Below are positions 31,441 through 42,700 of a DNA stretch of 64,000 nt, piece by piece. The stretch's first letter is position 1. Each line of letters opens with the position of its first letter. The notes under the pieces were generated by a model. It was given only the letters and a program-made list of their open reading frames with translations. It made no database searches and was not told the origin of the DNA. The position numbers and the translations under genes were made by a program. This stretch comes from Camelus ferus (lineage: Eukaryota). The DNA lies in NCBI RefSeq assembly GCF_009834535.1, contig NC_045696.1:71116001-71180000 (forward strand). Reading direction: 5' to 3'.

Positions 31441-31449
31441 AACTAGAGT

Positions 31450-31960
31450 AGAGGCAGAGGGGAGAGGAAGGGCCAAACTTAAGAAAGACTGTTGGAGTGG
31501 AATGTATATGATATACTGACTAGTAAGATATGGGAAGGAATTTAAGCCCATGAATGTTTCTAGTTGGTGAGCCTATGCAGAGTGCGAAGGTAACCAGAAT
31601 TGGAATGCAGGAGGAACATACCTGGTCGGGGAAATGAGTTGAGTCCATATGGACATGTCTATGGAGATGTCCAGTGGGTAAAAATACAGATCTAAAGATA
31701 GAGGGAAGTTAGGGCTGGAGATATATATTTGGGAATCACAGCATATATCAGTGGCAGTTGAAGACATCAGTGTGGGTGACACCATTTTGGGAGTAAAGAG
31801 AGAGGAAAGAGAAGTGGACCAAAGATAGAATACAGGGACCCTGAAGGCATGAGCAATAGTGGAGGAATCCTCAAGAGCAGTCAGATACGGCAGAATCAGA
31901 GGAGGAAGAGAAGTACAGGAGGCAGCCCTAAAGTGGTGGCTAGAGGAAACCATGGTCTGG
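31450..31960 (-). mobile_element. L2 LINE fragment in the probable DVL3 3' UTR
   Basis: atggagatgtccagtggg...gggctggagatatatatttgggaatcacagcatat is typical of antisense L2. Confidence 0.7.
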
Positions 31961-33702
31961 GTTGGGAGCAAACCTAGAACTCCCAGAAGGTAAGCAAGAT
32001 TGAGTTACACTTCTAACACAGACCTCATGCACCAAAAACCCCAGGGAATATTTGTTAAATCAATGAATGCCAAAATGCCCCTATCCTGCTTTGCCCCAAA
32101 GCCTGAAGCTTAAGACTTCATCTTACTCTTGACACTCCAGTCCTAAAAGTATGGAAATCTAGGTGAGCCAGAATTTACAGAAGAGGCTTATAGAGAAAGT
32201 CATGATCTGCTTAAAGGAGAGAATAAGATAAAAAACAAAACTTGGCATTCTGTCTGGAAGTCCCAGAAGTCCCCCTGCCCAACCTCACTCTGGGTTATCA
32301 TGGTGATTGTGAAAATGGGGAAAGGTGTGTGGGGTGGGGGGCAGGATGAGAACAGTTGCCTGGGGAAATCCTGTGCTAAGCCCAACCTGAGACCCAGCTT
32401 ATGGGCTTTATCCAGATAGGAAGACATGTGTGGAAGGTTTGAGGGCTATGAGGAAAGTGAGAGAAGTCAGGGGACCAGCCCCACAACCTCCTGGGAGACG
32501 ACTGGGAGAGAGGGTCCAGCCCTCTGGTCAGGGACCAGCCCTTAGACTTAAGTGAACTTGCATAGGTGTGTGTGTAGTGTGTGTGTAGAAGACAGAGAGT
32601 CTGTGTGTTAGCTCTCTGGGGGGAAGGGGAAGAGAGTCTTTCACACATGGGTCAGAGGCTGGAGCACTCCCCAGAAGCCTAGTGACTCAACATGTGTTGA
32701 TTGTGGGGTGTGGGGGCTGAATATCCTTGGGAAGTTCTGAGGGGCTGCTGAAGCAGGGCTCCTGGTCTCCTCGGAGGCTGGGCCTCCCCTCGCAGAGTGG
32801 GGGGCTCAGAGAAAGTCGAACAGCCCGAAATTCTTGGCTGCTCCAGGCCCAGGAAAAATTGGGGGAGGAAAAAAGAAAGAAAAGAAATGTTTCAGGCTCA
32901 GAAGTGAGATGAGCCTGCTGGTTAGTAGGTTAGGGGTCTGAAGGAACCAGCACACAAAGCAGGCATGGGAGGGGAGGGAGAGGTATGGGCATAGAGTAGA
33001 GAGGTTCTCTGGAATCCACTAGCAGCTCAGGCAACTGAAGGGGGTCCCCTCGGCTTCTGCTAAGGCCGAACACAGGCAAGGTTAATGTGGATGGTTACTG
33101 GAGGAGACTACACCTCTAGGGGTCAAGACTGAGGCAGCAAGCCAGGGACAGTTAGGAGTAGGGGCAGATGAAGCAAGTCTTTTGTGTGTCAGTATGAAAG
33201 GGGAAAAGTCAAGAGATGGCACACATGCCTGAGGCGATGGGGTTAATAGAGGGATGATGCAGATGATGCACCTGGAATGAATGGTGAAAAGGAACTGAGG
33301 GTGAGGGGAGGAGGGGAAAGCGGGGTTTAGGGGTCTGCAGGCACTCAAGGGCACTGATGGGGTCAATTCCTTAAGTATGTATATGTTGTAGGGAGAGGGA
33401 GATAGAAGGGAGAAGAGTAAGGATCAGCACCAGCAAGTCGGGTCGCTGGGACATGAAGGATCCTAGGAAGTCCTGCGCAGCGGTTAGTGGGCAGAGGGAC
33501 AAGCTGGGGCCGGTGGCAGGTTAGGGGCTGCAGTGGGGATCAGTGAGTGCACCCCTCCCTGGCTGCACCCAGCGAGCAGTTAGCGCGCCTGGATTTAGTT
33601 CCGTTTATTTCCCTTTCAGGTACCAAAGTAAAAAAGACGGACGGAGAGAGGGACGCAGCCGGCCCAGGGCGGGGTGGGATGGAAGTGGGGGAGGGGCCCT
33701 GC

Positions 33703-36700
33703 TCACATCACATCCACAAAGAACTCACTGGGGTTTCCCATGGCCATGCGGAAGGACTGTCTGCTGGCGGTCAGTTCAGGGGGCACGGAGGCCAGGTCGC
33801 GGCCAGGAGGGGCTCCCGGGGGCCCCATGGCCGCGGGCGGTGGGGGCATCATCAGCATGGGGGGGCCGTAGAGAGGGGGCACTCCAGGGGGGCCATAGCT
33901 CGGATGCGTATGATGGCTGCGCAGGCTGCTGGCCAGCGAGTGGTGGCTGCGGTGGCTGTGCTCGCTGGCGGCAGGACCCGAGCGCTCGCTGGGTGCCCGC
34001 TCCCGCGGCCCCCGCAGACTGCTGCGGGTCGTGTGGTCCGACTCGCTGCCACTGCCGCCGGACTTCGAGTCCCCGGCCTTCGCGTCCTTCTCCTTCCGCC
34101 GGTCGCTGCCGCTGCGGTTGGAGCCACTGCTTCGGCTGCCTGTAGGGGACAGGCAGGGATGGGGTGGGGGACACTCAAGAGCTTGCAGAGAAGCATGGGT
34201 CTCGCCTGTGGCCCCCTCCACGGCCCCCGCTGCCTTACCTTCACTGTGCTGACTGCTGGCGCTGCCCCCGCCATAGCTGTACCCCAGCTCCGGGAAACCT
34301 GGGTGTGGGTTGTAGGGGTGCGGGGGAGGCGGGTACTGGTAAGGGAAAGCCATGGGCCAAGGGGCGGCCCCCGGATGCGGCAGAGGGGCCAGTGTGTCCT
34401 GATCAGAGGCACCGCTGGAGCCATCATGATCGTGGAGGGAGAGGTTGGCCATGTCTGTAGAGGGGAGGAGAGGGCGAACAAGCTGGGTCAGCAGAGATGT
34501 CCTCAGCCTAAGGTGGTTGAGAGCGTTTGGGAAGACAGCGACAGCAGTGACAGTGTCTTGCAGGAACGGGAGGAGGCCAGGCCAGAGACCTCTCACTCCA
34601 TCAGACTCCCTCCCGCCACCTCTGGTAGGTGGCGGGAGGGAGTCCCTGAAGAGCCAGCCCCAAAGAAAATCATCCCCAGGAAGGCCCTGAGTCACCATTT
34701 CAGATGCTCAGGGCCAAATTCCAGTTCCCTGGAGGCCCACTACCAAGCTTTTGGCAGTTTCTCCTCCTTCCTCAGTGGACTGGAAGAAGGGTCAAAACTT
34801 GCATTTGGCAATTTTCTCCTCTGTTCACTTAGAGGGTAAAAGGGAGGGAGGGAATGTGGGAGGCTGAAATACCAGACAGACACCAGGTACTGCATACCTG
34901 CAATGCATCTTATGCAAACGTTACCACAACTCTATGACGAAAGTATTAGTCACATTTTTTCCAGATGAGGAAAGTGAAGTCCAGATAGGTTAAATGACCA
35001 TCCCAAACTACAGCCAGAGCAGAAGTGAAGAGGTGCTTATTTTCTCTCTCCTTAACTTTCTAGATATCATTACTAAGGACTAGGGAGCAGTTTAGGGAAA
35101 TTTAGGTGAAATTTTGCCCTCCCTACTCACTTGGGACTAAAAAAAAAAAAAACCATTAAAAGTCAGAATAAACATACAGCTTTTCAGAGCCTCCCCAAAC
35201 AGAAGGCCCTTGGCCCAGATCAATTTTATGGTGCTGCTGGGGAGGGTGGGAGTGGGGTGGAAGGGTCCAGAAACAGAACAACTTAGATGCCTTCTCTGTG
35301 CTCTCCACCCCATTCCCAGCCAGGTCTGATTCTTCTCAGCACTTGAGTCACTGTATTAACATTACTTCTTTCATGACTCTCGCTCCCCCCCATAAATTGT
35401 GCATAGGTTCCCACCAGTGCTGGAACTACCTGGAAGAACTGCTCGGGACACCCCTTGCTCACACCCCATCTTACCAGGTCTCAAGGCTCTGAGACAGCTG
35501 TAATTGCTCTAGGAGCCAGCTGCCAGATACAGACTGAGCCCTTTGTTCTAAGGTCTTTAGGGAGCTGGCCCAAACTTACAGGGGAGAAGAGGCCAGGAGA
35601 GAGGACTGCAGCAGCCTATGGAGTCTACCAGCCAAACTATCAACCTGTCAAGGCCAGCAGCTAGCATGAGGGGTGGTATATGGGAAGCAGGGGCCTGCCT
35701 TGGTTCATGCCCAAAGAGCTGGTTACAGCTGCCAGGCTGTCGTCCCAAGGGGAGTGACTGTGTGCTTCTGGGGCTACCCAGGTCCCCAGCTCCTCCCTTT
35801 GAGCCTGCCATACTCCCAGCTGAGGAGACCTCAGGCAGTGAGAGGGAAAAGGTCCGTTCTGTCAGCATCTCCCTGAGCTGGGCCTCTGGTGGACTTGGTC
35901 CAAGGGTAGAATACCCAGAAGGCCCCTGGGATGGAACAATGTCTCTTGAGCAAAAGTCACAGCTATCCTGAGAAGCTTTAGGTACCCCTGAAGGTTTGGG
36001 GCCAGGGTCAACTTCTGCTAATAATGATAATAACTACATTAGATTGAGTCTAAGAAGCCACTGATTATAAGATACACTCCAATTTCAGAGATACTGAAAT
36101 GTGAAAAAAAAATGTTCATCTTAGAATCAACTAAATGTATTATAAATGGGCAACATTTTTTAGAGCCCTTCCTATGGGCCAAAAATGGTGCTAAAAGCTT
36201 TATATACATTATCTTATATCATCTTCAAAACAGCTCTCTATGAGACAGGTTCTTACTAATACCTCCATCTTACAGATAGAGATAATGAGGCACTGAGAGG
36301 CTGTGTCACTTCCTCACATTCACACAGTAAGGGTGGAGCTAAAATTTGAACTAAAAACTGTCTAACTCCATACCCTATGTATCTATCACTACTGTATGCG
36401 GCCATGCCAAAGCTGCTGAGGCCCAGGGACCCCACCTTCCCTCAGGGACTTGTGCTCTGCAGAAATAGTCTTTCTAGTCCCTAGAACCTAATATGAAGCA
36501 TTTTAAGAGTTAGCTTTTGGACTCTACCACTGGGCTGAGAGAAGGCTCCCTCATGCAGAGGTGGCTGTTGGGGCTGGGCTTCAGCTCCTGAGCACTGTTG
36601 TCCTGTCTGTTTTGAGGACTCACCTTCCCAAGGGCTGTCCACAGGCTCGGGAGAAGGGGGTTCTCTGCAGACCTCTCCTACTTAATTAACCCTCACTGGC

Positions 36701-39700
36701 TTTGTACTCTCTCAGGATCAAGTCCAAACTCCTTGGTACAGCTTACAAAGTCCTCTACAACCTGGCCTTGACAGCTTCTCCAGCTTCATCCCAAGGTTCA
36801 ACCCACCCTCAGGGGTCCTCAGACCCCTGTGGACTTGGGGCCTCAGGCCAGCCCCAGGTCCTGCCTTGGTGGAACCCACTTGGTGCTGGGAGGGTGAACA
36901 GGGGCCAAAGCTAGGAACTCTGGCCTTGCTGAGACAATGTTTCTGCAGCATCACACACCTAGGGCAGCCCCAGACAGTGGGAGACAAAACGGCTCTGGAG
37001 CCAGAAAGTCCTAGATCCAAAGCCCAGCTCCTCTGCCTCTAGTGCAAAACCTGGGGTGGACTACTTCTACAAGTCTCAGTTTCCTCATCTGAAAATAAGC
37101 ATAGTAATCCATCTCCCCAAGGGTTGTGGGGGACGTCGTGAGGATTCAGTGAGAGAGTGAGATGATGCTTTAGAAACCATCAGCATGGTGCCAGGCACAG
37201 AGCAGGCACTCAGAAAAATGCCAGCCCCAAGGCGGGGGGGGGAGGGGGGGCACGCCAGGTGAAGAGGCCGGACTGGGCTCTGCTTCTACCACAGAACTCT
37301 CAGGTCTTGAGGTTCCCCTAGCTCTGCTGCCCCCCATCTGGGTTCCCTAGAGTCCACTGCCACATCCCTAGGTACCTCCCCACTCCCAGCCAGGAGAAAG
37401 GGCAAGGTGGGAGAGGAACGCACTGCCACAGAGGTCGCCAAAGATGTAGTAGCACTGCTCGGAGAAGGTGATCTTGTTGACAGTGTGGCGGATGAAACCG
37501 GCTTTCAGCAGGTTGCTGGCATACTTGCGGGCCTCTCGCCGGTCAGTGAAGCCTTCGACGTTGTGGTACAGCCAGTCCACCACATCTGAGCCTGAGAGCA
37601 AGGCCACCACTTTATTGGAAGGCCCAGATGACTTGGGCTCAACTGGCCTCACAGAAACTATGAGGCTGGTTCCAGCTCAAAGGAGTGGCCCAAGGGAGTT
37701 CTTTGACCTCTGGCCTGCCCTGCCCCACCACTCTCCACCCCATCCTTCATCCCACCATGGGATCCTCTCACCGATGAAAGCGTTGGGGATAGTAATCTTG
37801 AGCCACATGCGGTCACGGACCTCCAGCCCGGATTCAGGGGAGGCCATGGCTTTTACAATGGCGGCCATGTCACTGTGGATGGACAGGTGGAAGTCATCTA
37901 GGCCTGGGGGTAGGAGGCAGAATGGGGCTATGGAGTAAGGTACACAGGAGTTTACATTCCAGCTCTACCACCTAATAATAGGGACCAATGTTGGACAAAT
38001 TACCAACTTCTTGGACACTCAGTTTCCCCTTCTATAAAAATAGGAACTTTAATATCAATTTTACAAGGACATCTGAAGAGAGAATTAAATAATGTAAATG
38101 AAGGTACTTAGCACAGTGTATAATGCGTCCTATGATAATAAAAAGGCAGTCATTTATTGAATGCTTACTTTATGCCACACACTGTGATTGATGCTTTACT
38201 TGTCATCTCTCATTAAACCCCCAGGAACCTGGTAAAGTGCATATCATTAGTCCCATTTTACAAGGGGAAACAGGCTCACTGGGTGCTCAGTACACGTTCA
38301 TAAGCAAACTCTTTTTAGTGAGGGTTGGTGTCCACTGAGGGAAGCTGCAGAGTGAGGTAGCTGGAATGAACTGAGTCCCCTCTCCAGCCCCTCTGACGCT
38401 CAACCAAGAGTCTCCACGTGGGCCTTCATCAGTCCCTCCCAGCTGGCGCTGTCTCTGGGCCCAGGGGACAGGGTTGGACACTCACGCTCTGTGTCAGGGA
38501 TGGAGCTGGTGATGGAGGAGCTGGTGGAGGTGATGGTGCTCAGGGAAGGGCTCATGCCGTAGGCAGGGAAGGTGCCGGTCATGGCTGCAGTATGGGAGAC
38601 CCAGGCTGCGGGGTCAATGGGCCGGATGGGCTCACCTGCAGGGAGGATGAGGAGTCAGGGGCTGCCCACCCTGCCCACTGCTGGGCCCAACAGGATAGGT
38701 GTGAGGGTTCAGGGTAACACAGAGGAAGGAGAGACAGGGCTCATGTATGTCAAGCATCAGCTTTAGGGCAAGTGCCCCATCCACTTACTCCTGGGTAATG
38801 TGAAGCAACCACGTGGACTTGGGTCCCAGCACTTGGCTACAGTCAAGGTGATGGGCCTGAAAGCAAGGGTGTCTCTAGTGAGGGCAGGATGTGTGGAGGC
38901 CAAACCAAGCCCCTTGCCTAATAGCCAGGAATGCCTGCCCCCTCCTCCCCAGTGCCCCATGCCAGCCATACCCTGGTTTGTGCACAATCTCCCGCAGTAC
39001 CCGGACCGCGTCATCATTACTCATGTTCTCAAAGTTGATCTCATTTACCTGGGAAAGAGGACCAGAGATGAGATGAGCAGTGGTGTAGGGGAGGTGGGTA
39101 GGGAGGCTGAGCTTGGTGGGCCAGGAGGTCTTCCCCTACTAAGAATCAGGGTACAGAGGGCATGGACCCCATCCCTGTCCACACCACCACCCACGGTGGG
39201 CAATGGTACCTGTAGGAGCATATCTCCTGGCTCGATGCGTCCATCAGCAGCCACGGCCCCACCCTTCATGATAGAGCCAATGTAGATGCCTCCGTCACCA
39301 CGCTCGTTGCTTTGGCCCACAATGGAGATGCCCAAGAAGTTATACTTTTCTACAGGTAGTAATAAGACCTTGAGAGGGGAGCAAGGTTCCTACCCAAATT
39401 CCAAGCCCCTCATTAGAAAAGTGTAGAAAGGGACAAAAATTAACAGTTATTAAACCCAAATCAGGCACTGTATTTGGCATGCTCAAATATGCCTTCATTT
39501 AATCCTTATTGGCTGTGAGGTAGGGACTCATGCCCAGTTTACAGAGCAGGCAACTGAGGTTCAGAGAATTGAAGTGGCAGAGCCAAGATTAAAACTCAGA
39601 TTTAAATTCCAAAGTTGGGACTCTTTTCACTATATCCAGCTATCTCCTAAAGAAGAGCACCTAGGGCAGAAATCAGACAACAAGAATGCAATGGCTGAAA

Positions 39701-42700
39701 AATGGGCGTGGGAGGAGGAATCACTTCATCTAGGAAGCCTTCCTGGATGTCATTCTCTGCTTCCACAGTTCTCTGTGCTTCTCTCTCATAGCCCTGATCA
39801 TGAGATACTGAAATGACTGGTTTATATACCAGTTTATGCTTATGAAAGACAGCTCCTTGAGGGCAGGGGACATATCCTGTGCCTCTCAGTGTCTGGCATG
39901 TTGCAGGTGCTCAAGAGTGATGTTTCACCAGACTCACCCATGTTGAGAGTGACTGTGATGATGTTGAGTGACATGGTGGAGTCCGTGATGCTGCTGAAGG
40001 ACGAGGACTGGAAGAAACAGAGGCCCTGAGCAGCAGGCAAGGGTGGCAGGACCTTGCTGCTCCCACCTAGCTCCTCATCGAGGTGAGCCCTCAGCACCAC
40101 CTCCCCTCTAAGGTTCCAAACCATGACCCAAGGGGAGGGATCTAAGGAGGCACAAACCCTGGCCCTGCCTGGGCAGGAGGGCTTGGTCTCCCCACCCCCC
40201 CCAGCATCTCAGCCCCGTACCCGCTCAATCCTCGAAACCTTCTGCTTCCGCCGCCGCCGCTTGTGTCTTCTCATCAGGCGTGAGGCGCTGCTCTGCTCTG
40301 TGGAGCTGCTGAACCTGTGGGGCCCACAGTCGTTCCCCACCAGGCTGGCCCAGCCCTGCCCCGTAAGAGGCACCACAGGGCCCAGGTCCTCACCACAAAG
40401 CCTACATCCCACCCAGGGGCCCAGCGTCCTCAGGGTTCAGAGCTCCTCCAGGGTCACGCCCCACAGTACCCATGAAACCAAAGCCCCACCTGCTGGTGGA
40501 GTCATCCTCATCCGAATCAAAGAAGCTGGTGGTCTCCAACTCGCTGCTCATAAGGGTGGATGAGCTATCATAACCCCCTGGCTCTCGCCGCCGCTCCCCC
40601 TTTGCAGTTCCATTTAGCCGGGTTGCTGCAGGGGATGGAGGCAGCTGGGTTCACAGTGCCCCATGCAGGAGGGAAGGGAGGAGAGGGACAGGCCAGGGGC
40701 TGCACTGGGGCCAGGCATATCCAGAGCTCAGGGAGTAGGGCAAAGGGGTGTGTAGCTGAGTGGAAGCTCTGGGGAGGTAATTGGTGGGGAAGGTGTCTGT
40801 TCAGGGAAGACGCACTGTGCTCGGGGCCATCCCTCCGGCGTGGCCGCTCCCGCTGGGCAGACACCAGGGAGTCGGTCTCTGTGTCATTGTCCAGGTTCTC
40901 CTGGCTGCCCCCACCAGCATGAGGGCTGCAGGGAAGAGATGTCTTCGTGGGGGAGGGGGCAGGCTGGGGGCTCCCTCCCCCAGCCCTGAGCTGAGCTGAC
41001 GCAGCCCTCTCCCATGGGCCCTCCCCACCCCCATGTCACACTCACTGGAAGGATGGGGGCCGGGAGTCCCCAATGCCTCCCGTGCGCTCCATGGGTGGTG
41101 GCAGTTCTGATGGGTTGTCAGCACAGAAGGGAGCTGGCTCTGGGTGCGAGCCCTCAGCCGACACCAGCTGATGGGGACAAAATGCATGGGTAGAAGAGTG
41201 CAGGGGCCCCAGGGAAAAGGGGATAGGCTTCCAGCAGGACACGAAGACTTGGGGAGAATGAAGCAGGGCACATGGAGGGAGAAGAGACAGGACTGTGCAA
41301 GGTCAGCTAAGATGAAGAACGGACCCACTGGTGGGCTGATGGGGAGGCCATGAGGCATGGGCTGGGGAAGTTGGATGGAGGCAGAGAACAAGGGTCAGAG
41401 GTCCATGGTAGAAGTCAACAGGTAATAGAAGGGAACCTACGACAAAGTGCTTCAAAGGACATAGGAGACTTTTTGTCTCCAATGTGTTTCTGTCTTTCCC
41501 TTTCCCCATTTCCCACAACTCCTCCCCCTCTCTTCACCAAGGCTACAGACTCTAGGGTGAGAGACAGTTCATTTAGAAAACTCAAGGAAGATTCAAATAC
41601 TGAAGCAAAAGACCACAGTTTCAGCAATGCCTTTCCTCCATCCAGGCCACTGCAGGAACTCAGGTGGAGGGAGGGCTGAGGGGGGCTCCTTACCCAGGAC
41701 ACCACCCGGCCATTGAAGCAGGGAAGCTTGGCGTTGTCATCCGAGATCTCCTCCTTCACCACTCTGTAGGGAAAGGGGGATGTCAGAGTGAGCTTTCTGG
41801 GGTGGAAATGGAGGCATCCTCACAACCCCAACTTCTCAGGGGTTCCTCCACCCTAAACTAGGAACCAAACCACCAGCACCAGCCTGTTCAAATGGGAGCA
41901 GGGGTGGGGTGACCCAGGGATGGCTCTTTGTCACCACCAGGAAGACACTAGCCCTGCCCAAGCCACTGCCTTCCTGGGGCATCAGTCATCTCAGTCAACT
42001 GCCTCTCAGTCATCAGGTGATTGCAAATCACACCTGACAAATCACTGTCCCCCATGAGTGCAGTTACCCTCTAGAATCTTGAGAGAGCTGCATCCATCTC
42101 CAATGTGGCTCTCCTAGGCTGGATTTTATCTTTCCCTCTGTCCCTAAAGTAGGAAAAACCATACCCTTATTACTATCCTCCCCTTTTCAGTTGGGAATCC
42201 TGACATTCTTCTTGGAGGTGTGGATGAGAAATTTAAAGAAATTAGGAAAGAGAAGGGGAGAAGGCATTTACTGAACATCCTTCATTGCCATTATGACACT
42301 AAGTAACAACTGCTCTCATTTATTGAGCACAGATTATGGCCACGAACTAAGTTAAGTTAAGCACTTTATTTCTATTATTTCATTTAATACACGCAGAAAT
42401 GCAATGAAATAGATACAGATGGGGAAACTGAAGGCTCAGTAGGTTCAGAAATTCCCCTATAGTCACATTGTTAATAAGTGAAAAGGCTAGAATTTGAATC
42501 CTGGTCACCCTGACTCCAAAGCCTGTATTCTTACCTATTTATACTATCTTATCTCCCTAGAGTTAGAATGCATAATCGTCACATCAGCCTCATTGTATAG
42601 GCAAATATGATCCTGATTTTATGAATAAGGAAACTGAAAAACATTTTGTCACTTGTCCAAGGTCACAGAGCTAGATGTCAGAGCTGGAATTCAACCCCAA

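Noticed and set aside
33547..34839. 430-aa antisense ORF over DVL3 exons 14-15
   Set aside because: Non-ATG start, mirrors a GC-rich coding strand where antisense stops are scarce, and shows no recognisable domain.
37231..37250. G-runs (also 15717-15728, 20453-20464, 46824-46837) as functional G-quadruplexes
   Set aside because: Simple homopolymers, prone to assembly error; no supporting evidence from sequence alone.
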